A stretch of 64,000 nucleotides of DNA from Octopus vulgaris (GCA_951406725.2 OX597836.1:25296001-25360000); one strand, 5' to 3'. Counted from the stretch's first letter, positions 1 through 12,467 are shown. Numbers and translations are program-made. Notes: a model not told the origin generated them from the letters alone.

Positions 1-26
1 ATATATATATATATATATATATATAT

Positions 27-291
27 AAAGGAAATGAAGAAAATGCTGACAAAATAATTTAAGTAATTTAAGTAATTTAATTAGGTGAAAATTCTTTTTA
101 CCGGTTGCGCATTTGTTATGCTTATCAAAAGTTTTTTCCTCTTATCGAAAACTTTTGATAAGCATAACAAATGCGCAACCGGTAAAAAAGAACTTCACCT
201 AATTAAATTACTTAAATTACTTAAATCATTTTGTCAGCATTTTCTTCATTTCCTTTTATATATCACAACTCGTGTTCCACATCTCCTTTTT

Positions 292-293
<2 letters not shown>
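27..293. repeat. Fold-back palindrome embedded in (TA)n
   Basis: Arms of about 105 bp (aaaggaaatgaag...cttatcaaaagtttt and its reverse complement ending at 257), a short spacer and a few mismatches. (TA)n lies on both sides. Confidence 0.9.
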
Positions 294-342
<49 letters not shown>

Positions 343-480
343 ATACAGGTTTGGAGCATATACATTTCAGAACTCTGAGTTTCTCGGCAACAATTTGGTT
401 ATTTGGTTAATACTCGCTGCTGCCGAGAAACTCAGAGTCCTAGATGTAAGTGTTCAAATAAGTCGCCTGTTACAATCTCA
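343..480. repeat. Diverged fold-back repeat centred on a hammerhead stem II/III half
   Basis: actctgagtttctcggca ... tgccgagaaactcagagtc. The GAAACTCAGAGT(C/T) segment matches stem III of the hammerheads at 36.7 and 43.9 kb. Confidence 0.65.
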
Positions 481-536
481 TAACAGTCAATTTAGTTTAT
501 CGAAAAATTATATGCTGTATACTTCCAGGAGTGTTG

Positions 537-633
<97 letters not shown>

Positions 634-807
634 TTCAGATGAATATGGTACTTAAGTTGTAGCACCAGAATTTAGTACAGTATTATCCATACAATTTCAG
701 GATTGCTCTGCATTTAAATTGATGTAATGATTGCATTGTTCAATTAAATGGTGTTGCTTGAAACGATTGTACTGTATTACCTCTGGATATCCTTGTTGCT
801 TATTTTG

Positions 808-843
<36 letters not shown>

Positions 844-1370
844 ATGTGTGTATGTGTGCGTGTGTGTGTGTGTATGTATGTATGTATGAATGTACGTATA
901 TATATATATGTATGTATATATGTATGTATATATGTATGTGTATATATGTGTGTGTACGTGTGCATATATGTGTGTGTGATAATATATATTATCATAAATA
1001 GTTGTCTGTAAAATCAAGTGTAAATTCAACCGGAAAATCTTTTCATAAAGTGAGCTTAAAGCAAAGCCTGTTCCATGTTTAAATGAATTATTTACCGTGT
1101 AAGGTGTAGAGTGGTACATCAAATGACGTTAATCTAAGTTAAGCCAGTATTTAATGCCCTGTCATAATTAATGCCAAATAATTTATATATATATGAATGT
1201 GTTCATTGTTTCCGAATGTAAATAGTGGTTAATAGTTGATGCCTTAAGTGTTAGAGTTGGATTTAAAACCAACATTTGTAGAATGATAAATAGATTCACT
1301 AACTACAGTCTATAAAGGTTGTATATGAAAGTCGTCGTCCACAATCGATATTATTGGTTTACAGAACGTT

Positions 1371-1538
1371 TTATAAGCCGCCAATTTTCTCAATCTCTTC
1401 CATCTGCATCTGGGTCTTTTCGTCGTTTTCTTCTTCCTCCATGATGGTGTCGTAGTTGATCTCGTCGGCCACATTCTTGATGTTCCATATGTTAAGTGTA
1501 CCGTCGAAAGATCCCGTGAATAGCTTGTTATCAACTAT
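1371..1538 (-). CDS. WDR86: Distal terminal exon of the WDR86-like gene: IVDNKLFTGSFDGTLNIWNIKNVADEINYDTIMEEEENDEKTQMQMEEIEKIGGL*
   Basis: Poly-T tract plus ccccgacacAG acceptor at 1540-1539, phase 0. It contains the WD motif TGSFDGTLNIWN followed by an acidic tail and TAA. A possible ATTAAA lies at about 1150-1155 (minus). Confidence 0.8.
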   Translation of the reverse strand: MVDNKLFTGSFDGTLNIWNIKNVADEINYDTIMEEEENDEKTQMQMEEIEKIGGL

Positions 1539-1614
1539 CTGTGTCGGGGAAAAAAAAAACAAGAAATATTATCAATGAAATGTTTGTTGAGGCAAGTATA
1601 CTAAATCTGTTTCG

Positions 1615-2083
1615 GGCGATGTTTCGTTTGTCGTAGCACACGTTTCCGTCGATTTCCGTAAAAAATGTAAACACTGAATCGGCCATACATACATACATAC
1701 ACACACACATACTTACACACACACACATACATACACACACACATACATAGATACATACACACACACACATACATATACACATACACCGAGTAAAAAATTT
1801 CACTTATCTCTCTCTTTCATACATTACTCTCTCTGTCTCTTCGCACACACTAACAGAAGCACTTCACTTACACAACATACTGTCTGTCTCCCACACCCCA
1901 TCAAACACACACACAGGGACTTCAAAAGAAATTCCCTCGTAATAAAATCGCTTCCTCTTAGTCTCTTTCGCTCTCATTACTTCAAATATTCCCGCAAAGC
2001 CATATGTAAAAAAATAAAAGTTTTTTACGGAAATCGACGGAAACGTGTGCTACGACGTGTGCTACGACAACCGAAACTTCGCC
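1615..2083. mobile_element. MITE with about 55-bp TIRs starting GG and an 8-bp TSD (Merlin-like)
   Basis: TIR ggcgatgtttcgtttgtcgtagcacacgtttccgtcgatttccgtaaaaa and its inverse at about 2022-2083. TSD ctgtttcg at 1607-1614 and 2084-2091. The superfamily is inferred only from the GG termini and 8-bp TSD. Confidence 0.8.
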
Positions 2084-2202
2084 CTGTTTCGGGAAGGAAT
2101 CGAGCATGAGTAATAAATACAAGAAACATACGACAGTCAATATGAGTATTTAATTATGTAAACGAATGCATTAAATAATTAAGCGTGAATATTAATTACG
2201 TA

Positions 2203-2469
2203 GTGGAGGCGCGTGGCTTAGTGGTTCCGGTGTCAGCATCATGCTCTTAAGATTGTGGTTTCGATTCCTGGACAGGGCGACGCGTTGTGTTCTTGAGCAA
2301 AACACTTCATTTCGTGTTGCTCCAGTCCACTCAGCTGGCAAAAATGAGTTACGCTGCGATGGACTGATGTCCTGTCCAGTTGGGGAACACATACGCCATA
2401 GAAACCGGGAAACCGGGCCCATGAGCCTGGCTAGGCTTTAAAAAGGGCGCATTTTTTAATTTATATTTT
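2203..2469 (+). mobile_element. tRNA-derived SINE
   Basis: A-box-like tggcttagtgg, B-box-like ggtttcgattcc, core gtgttcttgagcaaaacact. Near-TSD tattaatta(c/t)gta at 2190-2202 and 2470-2482. Confidence 0.75.
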
Positions 2470-2722
2470 TATTAATTATGTAACTGCGTGAATTTCATCA
2501 TACACAACCTGGACAAAATTTCTGCTTAAGGGGAAAAAAAAATTATTCAAATAAGTAAAACATAATATCATGAATAGCGATAGCGAAACCGGCCGATAAA
2601 TTAAAAAATTATATTAAAACTATGTAAGTGTGCGTATTTTCCTTTTTTAATTTCTTATATACATTACAACTCACCACGTGGGGATAATCGAAATTCCTCT
2701 TTTCTGTTACTACTACTACTAC

Positions 2723-2778
<56 letters not shown>

Positions 2779-2791
2779 ACATGTATGTATG

Positions 2792-2846
<55 letters not shown>

Positions 2847-2885
2847 TTATAAAATAAACAAAAGACGAAGGCAGGTGGAAAACAA

Positions 2886-2982
<97 letters not shown>

Positions 2983-3264
2983 CAGAAAAAAGGTGAAGAA
3001 ATGGCGGAGCTCCTACCATTACGGCATGAATTAGTTCAACAATAACAGTTAAAAGTCATTTAAACTACAACCACCACCACCACCACCACCACCACCACCA
3101 CCACTACTACCACCACCACTACTACCACCACCACTATGACAAAACATTTTTTTTTACTCGTATTTGATAATACTCTAACAAAAAATCGTGTTAATGTTGT
3201 GTGTGTGTGTGTGTGTATTTATGTGTCTAAGAGTGAATGGCGAGCGATGAAAATGATATTAAGG

Positions 3265-3355
<91 letters not shown>

Positions 3356-3660
3356 TGTATGTGCGTGTGTGTGTGTGTGTATATATATACAGAAAAAAGG
3401 TGAAGAAATTAACATGATTTTTTGTTAGAGTATTATCAAATACGAGTAAAAAAAAAATGTTTTGTCATAGTGGTGGTGGTAGTAGTGGTGGTGGTGGTGG
3501 TGGTGGTTGTAGTTTAAATGACTTTTAACTGCTATTGTTGAACGATATCCTTATTTCCGTTTCAGCAAACTTCGAATAATACCACTAAACACGCACACAC
3601 ACACACACGCACGCACACTCATACACTTACACACACACACACACTTACACACACACACAC

Positions 3661-3729
<69 letters not shown>

Positions 3730-4052
3730 TACACACATCCTTAATATCATTTTCATTGCTCGCCATTTACGACGGACAGCGTTGATTTGACGTAGAGAGT
3801 GAGCCGATGGCCGGAATGAACTTTTGCTCACTCAAAACAAATCATTTATGCAGGTCATTTGGCAAAAACTGAACGGCCATTCGTCAACTTCGATGAGAGA
3901 GTCCATCGTGTGTGTATATGTGTGTATGTGTATGTGTTTAGTATATGTTCGTTTATTTGTTTACAACACATTTTTTGAAATTAATTATATATATATATAT
4001 AGGTGTGCCAAATTTTCCGTTGTCTTTTTTTTATGTAATTCTGAAAAGAAAA

Positions 4053-4117
<65 letters not shown>

Positions 4118-4177
4118 CCTATTTCTCTCTCTATCTACCTATTTCTCTCTCTATCTTTCTATCTCTTTCTATGACTT

Positions 4178-4254
<77 letters not shown>

Positions 4255-4257
<3 letters not shown>

Positions 4258-4296
4258 TTGTATAAAGTCAACATAACGTGACAGTCCCGTAGAGGG

Positions 4297-4330
<34 letters not shown>

Positions 4331-4369
4331 CCTCTACGGGACTGTCACGTTATGTTGACTTTATACAAC

Positions 4370-4372
<3 letters not shown>
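4255..4372. repeat. Inverted repeat (about 43 bp arms) centred on a (TA)n tract
   Basis: ggttgtataaagtcaacataacgtgacagtcccgtagagggaat-(TA)n-reverse complement. It is related to the end of the 53.0-53.3 kb palindrome. Confidence 0.9.
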
Positions 4373-4411
<39 letters not shown>

Positions 4412-4611
4412 TAATAAATATTAGGGAATAAATCCAAATTTACAAGGAAAAATCAGATTTAAAATTGAATCCAATTTTATAGTAAAATATTATATTATAA
4501 TAAATTAGAGACAAAACCACTATTATGCAAATCAAACAAAGAAAGACTTAATCCAATACATAAAATAATTTATATAAATTAAAATTTTATAACTCGCTAA
4601 GAAGGTTTAGA

Positions 4612-4663
4612 AACCACCTGAAGAATGTCTAAGATGTGCTGACACGAAACGATCGTAGTGGTT
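4612..4663 (+). ncRNA. Minimal type-I hammerhead ribozyme inside an inverted repeat (about 4490-4770)
   Basis: Stem I AACCAC/GUGGUU, core CUGAAGA, stem II UGUC...GACA (A.C mismatch at the base), GAAA, palindromic stem III C-GAUC-G, cleavage triplet GUA. Confidence 0.75.
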
Positions 4664-4763
4664 ATTCATTTGATAAATTTTAATTTATATAAATTATTTT
4701 ATGTATTGGCTTAAGTCTTTCTTTGTTTGATTTGCATAATAGTGGTTTTGTCTCTAATTTATT

Positions 4764-4842
<79 letters not shown>

Positions 4843-4875
4843 TAGAAAGATATATATATATATATATAAAGTTAA

Positions 4876-5080
4876 GGAGGCGAGCTGGCAGAATGGTTAC
4901 CGTACCGGACAAAATGCTTAGCGGCATTTCGTCCGCTTTACGTTCTAAGTTCAAATTCTGCCGAGGTCGATCTTTTCTTTTTCAGGGTCAATAAAATAAG
5001 TACGAGTTGAGTACTGAGGTCGGTGTAATAAACTTTTCCCTCTCTCGAAATTGCCGGCCTTGTGCCACAATTGTACACCA
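4876..5080 (+). mobile_element. SINE family C (ggcgagctggcagaa... head; tttcatcctttcggggtcgataaa core)
   Basis: Repeated throughout the window: about 7270-7504(-), 17290-17850(+, tandem), 29792-30013(-), 33340-33742(-), 34680-34905(-), 51241-51645(-), 60960-61390(+) and 62518-62750(+). Confidence 0.8.
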
Positions 5081-5103
5081 ATATATATATATATATTTAT
5101 ATG

Positions 5104-5313
5104 CAGCAATCCCTCGACTAACGCGGGTGTTACGTTCAAAAACCCCACGCGGCAAGTAGAAACAATACAGTACTGTATATTTTTTATAATTTGTAAATAT
5201 TTATTTTATTATAAATGCGAAACAGCTCGACGGAAGAATCGACGTAAGCTTAAATAATAAACCGCGATAGGTGCACCGCGATAGGTGCACCGCGATATGG
5301 TGAGGAATTACTG
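5104..5313. mobile_element. Tigger/pogo-like MITE
   Basis: Termini cagcaatccctcg... / ...tgaggaattactg, followed by TA at the right end. Confidence 0.6.
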
Positions 5314-6737
5314 TATGTGTGTTGGTAAATAGGTGTATAGGAAGTTAGATTGTTAGACAGGTTGATTAATTGATTGATCCTGCAATGCTGCCTATGTGGG
5401 TTTTCACACCTCAAGAAACAAAGGTTTCAGAAAAAAAAATACACTTTTCAAAATAACCGTGGAATTACCACGGGTTCTGCTAGTGTGGGGCAACATGTTT
5501 TCATTTAAAGCTATACAAACCGTTAGTCGCGTAACACTGGATTCTTTGTTTATTCAATAAAAATCTTATAAACTGATGAATCGGGTACTATTTCTGCGTT
5601 ATTTTACAATCATTCGCTATTTCCGGGCTAATACTAGCAATAGCTTAACTACAGCTATCTTCATTAACGTTGTTCTACATTAATTTATGTAAGCATTAAC
5701 TTATTTAAACACCAACTTAATATGAAACTTTTAAAAGACTCAATGTAGACAAATTCACACCTGTTAATACTAGTTCACGCCGCCCATAGCTTCTAAAAAA
5801 GATCTGTAACACTCTAGTATTTAAACTGGCCACATCACGCCCATATATTTTACCTTCTACCATACATTGTCATTTAAAAATAATAACCATCTCACTGAAA
5901 TCTTAAAGCTACAAGATATTGCATGTTTAATTCAAGACAATATAAATAAATTAGCATTACATTTGACAGAATAATCTGAACGCTAGAGGGTTAAATAACG
6001 AAATATTTAATAATTTATTTAATTATAATGCCTTACAAGTTAGCTGATTAACTCTTGCAACTAAGAAGAGCTATTGGAATCATATGGTTCATTCTATGAT
6101 TTTTACTTATATTTAATACTGCAAAAAAAAAGGGGTGGGTGGAAATTCTCTAGTCTTCGTCGAGTGACACTTCCCTATCAACCAGAAATATATAAAACTA
6201 TTTAACTGGAACGGCCTTGAGTTATAATTATAATTATTTAATTATGAAGAACATAATATAAGATACAGCTCACTAGAAATTGGTCGAAATATTCATATAT
6301 AAGTATAAGCGCATATCCAACAACACCTCTTGCAATGCATCGGTCAACGGAGCAGAGGTTATCACCTCCAAATTCTAATTTGGCTGTGGTGCACAAACAT
6401 TATGCAGGCGACATGACTGAAGGTTCGAACGGTATGTTGGAACAATACCTCCTTTTTTAGATAAAAAAAGATAGTCATTTGAGAAAATTAGCCAACTTAA
6501 TCTGGTAATTATTGCATCAAATGGATTTCGTTTTCTTTTATTTTCTTTTATTTGTTTCAGGCATTAGACTGTGGCCAGGCTGGAGCAACGCCTTGAAAAG
6601 TTTTAGTCGAATATGTATCGACCCACACGCCCCAATAATCAAAAGGATATTTTGTAGAGGGCTGAGAAACACGTTATAATTAAAGACCTAATTAAAGAGC
6701 CTGAATAATAATAACAACAACAACCACAATAATAATG

Positions 6738-6771
<34 letters not shown>

Positions 6772-6824
6772 CAAGTTCGAAAAATACCTTAGGAATGAGA
6801 ACCCAGGTTCGAAATTTCCCCAAG

Positions 6825-6868
6825 ACACCTGATGAAGCCTGGAGGGTATATCAGTGGAATCGTTGTGT
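6825..6868 (+). ncRNA. Degenerate hammerhead motif next to an (AAT)n tract
   Basis: ACAC-CUGAUGA-...CUG(loop)CAG..-GAAU(for GAAA)-CGUU-GUGU. The core is mutated, so it is probably inactive. Confidence 0.5.
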
Positions 6869-7269
6869 TAACAACAAACAAGATGAGGATAAAATATCCA
6901 TCAAATGTAAATAATGTACATTTAGAATTATTATGATTTTTGTACTCATTTAAGGTGAAAATTATAAGAATTACCCTTAAGAAAAAAAAAAGGTATTTTT
7001 TTGGTTTTTTGCTCGTTTGGCACACACATTCCTGCAAACTTTTCTCGCTGTCGAAGGATTTATAGACCAATACTAGTTCAACCTACTTCAGAGCAAATCA
7101 GAGAGTTAATACCAGTTAGTACTACACCCTCTTCCACTACATACATTCATGAGCATTCTTCTACAGGACACAATTCCTAAAGAGCGCAGGCAATTATATC
7201 ATGATTCTTAGAATCTATGCAGCCACTCATCAACATCAGGGACTCATTGATATCACTGAATTATATCTG

Positions 7270-7504
7270 TTTCTTTACTACCCACAAGGGGCTAAACATA
7301 GAGGGGACAAACAAGGACAGACAAACGGATTAAGTCGAGTACATTGACACCAGTGCATAACTGGTACTTAATTTATCGACCCCGAAAGGATGAAAGGCAA
7401 AGTCGACCTCGGCGGAATTTGAACTCAGAACGTAACGACAGACGAAATACGGCTACCCATTTCGCCCGGCGTGCTAACGATTCTGCCAGCTTGCCGCCTT
7501 AAAT
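7270..7504 (-). mobile_element. SINE family C copy with 19-bp TSD
   Basis: TSD tatcactgaattatatctg at 7251-7269 and 7505-7523. Confidence 0.85.
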
Positions 7505-7753
7505 TATCACTGAATTATATCTGCGTCACGTAAACCGGACATACAAATACACCCTCAAGGCTGAAAACTTACTAAAGCCAAACAGGATCCACGTTTTCAC
7601 ACCACGAAACTCGAGCAATGAGCTACCAACTTGTCATGGAGCTTCACATGGTTGTTAATGTCATTGTCATTTTATCATTCGTTATAGAAACTCAAACGGA
7701 ATGACTAATCGAAGCGGTGTGGCATAGCCAAATCCTCTGCACAAAGCATTCTA

Positions 7754-8139
7754 GATTGAAGCACTCCGTCGGTTACGACGATGAGGGTTCCGGTTGATCC
7801 GATCAACGGAACAGCCTGGTCGTGAAATTAACGTGTAAGTGGCTGAGCACTCCACAGACACGTGTACCCTTAACGTAGTTCTCGGGGATATTCAGCGTGA
7901 GACAGAGAGTAACAAGGCCGGCCCCTTGAAATACAGGTACAACAGAAACAGGAAGTAAGAGTGAGAGAAAGTTGTGGTGAGAGAGTACAGCAGGGATCAC
8001 CACCATCCCCTGCCGGAGCCTCGTGGAGCTTTTAGGTGTTTTCGCTCAATAAACACTCACAACGCCCGGTCTCGGAATCGAAACCGCGATCCTATGACCG
8101 CGAGTCCGCTGCCCTAACCACTGGGCCATTGCGCCTCCA
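7754..8139 (-). mobile_element. SINE family A (tRNA-like head ggaggcgcaatggcccagtggttagggcagcggactcgcgg), 14-bp TSD
   Basis: TSD cacaaagcattcta at 7740-7753 and 8140-8153. Near-identical copies occur elsewhere and give the recurring MVVIPAVL.. ORF. Confidence 0.9.
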
Positions 8140-8650
8140 CACAAAGCATTCTAAGCGCACGCAAAACATTCTGATTGTTTGCGGTCAAAACTTTGATTGC
8201 CTTTCTTGACAGGCCTCGAACGCTTGAATGCTTTTAGGCGTGGCTGAGTGGTAAGAAGCTTGCTTCTCAACCACATGGTTCGGGGTTCAGTCTCACTGCG
8301 TGGCACATTGGGTAAATGTCTTCTACTATAGCCTCGGGCAGACCAAAGGCTTGTAAGTGGATTTGGTAGACAGAAACTGAAAGAAGCCCGTTGTATATAT
8401 ATATATTGTAAAAAGATTCTGGCAAAATTTTAATTTATTGAATTCTATGGCAATTCGTTCTCTAATTTTCTCCATCTTATATTTTTCAAATAAACATTGT
8501 TTCCATTATAAATTATTTAGCTATTAATCACTTCCTATTTATTGTAAACAATGAACACACTTTAAAGTATAAAAAGTAAGAATTCCATTCGGGAAAATGA
8601 AGTAGATATGTATCTTTATTTTTCATTTTCATTCTCTTAGGCCATTACTG

Positions 8651-8727
<77 letters not shown>

Positions 8728-9009
8728 ACACACACACACACAGTGAGAATCTACAAAAAAAAAAACAACAGAAGACGAAGACGGGTGTGTAAACAACAAA
8801 CAGATGTATGAGTTTAACGCTCGGGAAGTTAAAAAGTCTTTTATGTTTCGAGCCTACGCTCTTGGACAGAAAGGAACATAGAAATAAACAGGGAGAGAAA
8901 ATAGAAAAAGGTTTAGTGGCTAGCGATCTAATATATATATATGAGTTAACAGAATGAGATAAAAAAATCCAAGGCTGTGAATAGGTTTCACAACATTTGT
9001 AAAGAGAAG

Positions 9010-9057
9010 GTCTTACAGCTGTTTCCGGGATATTTTATAAATGACTTCATCAGAGAC
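9010..9057 (-). ncRNA. Hammerhead motif with intact core and eroded stem II; inverted twin at about 9574-9629(+)
   Basis: GUCU-CUGAUGA...GAAA-C-AGCU-GUA-AGAC. The + twin has CCGAUGA with a good stem II. Confidence 0.65.
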
Positions 9058-9192
9058 GGTGTGAGAAAATGGTTAAGTAATAGTTATAATAGAGAAGATA
9101 TGGAATACAGAGTGAAGAGGAGGAAGGCAAACAGAAGTGAGATACTTAAAGATATTGTATTTGCAGTTCCGTTATTTAAGCAGAATGTTATG

Positions 9193-9249
<57 letters not shown>

Positions 9250-9251
<2 letters not shown>

Positions 9252-9475
9252 AAGAAAAAAGGGACAGGCAACAGGTTGCTTGACCGCATACCGAAAAAGT
9301 AGAAATAGCAGTCAAGAATGCTTATTTCCATTTTCCACAAGTGGGGCTCCACACACGAATTGCAGGGTTTGTCGTGTGTGGAGCCCCACTTGTGGAAAAT
9401 AGAAATAAGCATTCTTGACTGCTATTTCTACTTTTTCGGTATGCGATCAAGCAACCTGTTGCCTGTCCCTTTTTT

Positions 9476-9480
<5 letters not shown>
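9250..9480. repeat. Near-perfect palindrome (arms about 105 bp) between two (TA)n tracts
   Basis: taagaaaaaagggacaggcaac...ggctccacacacga / tcgtgtgtggagcc...gttgcctgtcccttttttctta. It produces mirror ORFs on both strands. Confidence 0.92.
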
Positions 9481-9545
<65 letters not shown>

Positions 9546-9691
9546 ACTATGACTTAACTTTTCCTCTCACACCGTCTCCGATGAAGGTATATTATTATTA
9601 ATTAATATCCTAGAAACAGCTGTAAGACCTTCTATCTATAAATGCTCTAACATCTATACAGCCTTGGTTTTTTATCTCATTACACAAAAAA

Positions 9692-9733
<42 letters not shown>

Positions 9734-9808
9734 AGCACACATACATACATGCATACATAACACATACATACATAATAGATATATACATGCATACATATAA
9801 ATACACAT

Positions 9809-9860
<52 letters not shown>

Positions 9861-10004
9861 ACACACATAAACACTCACATATTTTGCATTGTCAAGGATT
9901 ACAATAACTTCGAGACACACAAGAGTCATTACAGCGAATTCGCGCACTCCCTTTTCCAATATGACTCTATGTTTTTCCCCCATCGCTCACTTTCTGTCAC
10001 ATGA

Positions 10005-10049
10005 GTGTGTATGCATGTATATGCGTTTGTTTATGTTTGTGTTTGTGTG

Positions 10050-10083
<34 letters not shown>

Positions 10084-10223
10084 TGTATGTATGTATGTAT
10101 GTATGTATGTGTGTGTGTGTGTATGCATGTATGTATGTATGTATGTATGTATGTATGTGTGTACGTGTGTGCATGCATGTGTGTATGTGTGCATGTGTGC
10201 ATGTGTGTTTATGTGTATGCGTG

Positions 10224-10262
<39 letters not shown>

Positions 10263-10283
10263 ATGTATGTATGTATGTATGTA

Positions 10284-10314
<31 letters not shown>

Positions 10315-10392
10315 ATGTATGTATGTATGTGTGTACGTGTGTGCATGCATGTGTGTATGTGTGCATGTGTGCATGTGTGTTTATGTGTATGC

Positions 10393-10428
<36 letters not shown>

Positions 10429-10441
10429 ATGTATGTATGTA

Positions 10442-10476
<35 letters not shown>

Positions 10477-10569
10477 ATGTATGTATGTATGTGTGTATGT
10501 ATGTGTGTACGTGTGTGCATGCATGTGTGTATGTGTGCATGTGTGCATGTGTGTTTATGTGTATGCGTG

Positions 10570-10608
<39 letters not shown>

Positions 10609-10629
10609 ATGTATGTATGTATGTATGTA

Positions 10630-10660
<31 letters not shown>

Positions 10661-10742
10661 ATGTATGTATGTATGTATGTGTGTACGTGTGTGCATGCAT
10701 GTGTGTATGTGTGCATGTGTGCATGTGTGTTTATGTGTATGC

Positions 10743-10778
<36 letters not shown>

Positions 10779-10791
10779 ATGTATGTATGTA

Positions 10792-10822
<31 letters not shown>

Positions 10823-10908
10823 ATGTATGTATGTATGTATGTATGTGTGTACGTGTGTGCATGCATGTGTGTATGTGTGCATGTGTGCATGTGTGTATAT
10901 GTGTATGC

Positions 10909-10946
<38 letters not shown>

Positions 10947-10985
10947 ATGTTCGAGTGTGTATGTGTATATATGTGTGTGTGTGTG
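10005..10985. repeat. Compound (TATG)n/(TG)n array with a higher-order unit of about 170 bp
   Basis: The anchor gtacgtgtgtgcatgcatg recurs at about 10161, 10333, 10507, 10683 and 10849. Confidence 0.85.
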
Positions 10986-11230
10986 TGGGCGTGTGAATAA
11001 AAAAAGGATTACAATTCTGGACCAAGGTTTCGTTCGATTATCAATTCAGTTTACAACGAATGTATTTGAATACGGCGTGGCTGCGTGGTAAGAAGCTTTA
11101 TTCCAAACAACATGGTTCCAGGTTCGATCCCACTGTGTGGCACCTTGGGCCAGAGTTTTCTACTACAGCCTCGGGCAGACCAAAGCTTTGTGAAAGGATG
11201 TGATAGGGGAAAACTGAAAGAAGCCCGTCG

Positions 11231-11277
<47 letters not shown>

Positions 11278-11644
11278 CCGTGAGAGTTAGAGGCTGGTAA
11301 GTCAACCAACTAAGGGATAGCATGTATCCAATATACTGCTGGTAATGTACCCAATTATTAATACCCAAGTGCTGGTTACACATACACATACACACACATA
11401 CGACGGGCTTCTTTCAGTTTCTGTCTACAAAGTCCACTCACAAGGGTTTGATCGGCCCGAGGATATATTAGAAGACATTTGCCCAAGATTCATGCAGTGG
11501 AACTGAACTCAGAACCGTGTGGTTGGGAAGCAAGTTTCTTACCACACAAACACGCCTGCGCCTATATATATATATATATGTATGTATATATATATTACAA
11601 AATTAAGGATAAAACCACTTTACTGATTTTATCAAGGGCCTACA

Positions 11645-11702
<58 letters not shown>

Positions 11703-11761
11703 TATAAGCTATTTAAGAAACACACAAAAACCGTTAGATTCACTTCAACATTTAAATTTAA

Positions 11762-11812
11762 TTTGCCAAAATATTTTCGTCGCTTTGAGACCGCGACCTG
11801 TTCACTGACAAA
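11762..11812 (-). ncRNA. Hammerhead variant with G3-C8 core (GUGAACA)
   Basis: Stem I UUUGUCA/UGGCAAA, GUGAACA-G, stem II GUCGC/GCGAC, GAAA, palindromic AUAU, cleavage triplet UUU. Confidence 0.6.
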
Positions 11813-11825
11813 ATTTCGTGCTGGG

Positions 11826-11926
<101 letters not shown>

Positions 11927-12467
11927 AAACCCAGCACGAAATTTTGTCAGTGAACAGGTCGCAGTTCCAGCACACGATCTCAGATCAGGTCACTTACTAT
12001 GCAAGTACATCTCCGTATATATATATATATATATACACACATACATATATACATATATATGTATGTATATCTGTGCAACTTATTGTTTGTGCCCCCACCA
12101 CCGCTTGACAATCGGTGTTGGTGTGTTTGCGTCACCGTAACTTAGAGGCTCGGCAAAAGGGCTCGATAGAATAAGCATCACGTTCTAAAAAAAAACAAAA
12201 ACAAGAAGTACCGGTGTTAATTCATTCGAGTAAAAATTCATCAAGGCGATGATGCCCCAGCTTGGCCGCAGTCTAACGAGTGAAGCAAGTAAAAAAGATA
12301 GCCGATCCTGATTGAATTGCGACGATATCGACCAGTAGGCAGGCGACAGATGTGTGGCGTGTGTACTTTTCGAAACTATAAAGGAACGACATGCGAATAA
12401 TGACGAAAGCAAACGGCTGAAATCGATATGCTAGCAAAGCATCTCTGATGTAATGAGTCGCTAGCTA

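Noticed and set aside
7803-8006. Recurring 67-aa ORF MVVIPAVL... (four copies) as a small gene family
   Set aside because: It lies inside SINE family A copies, three of which have clear TSDs.
9889-11091. ORFs of 331-400 aa (CVCMYV-rich)
   Set aside because: Microsatellite artefacts.
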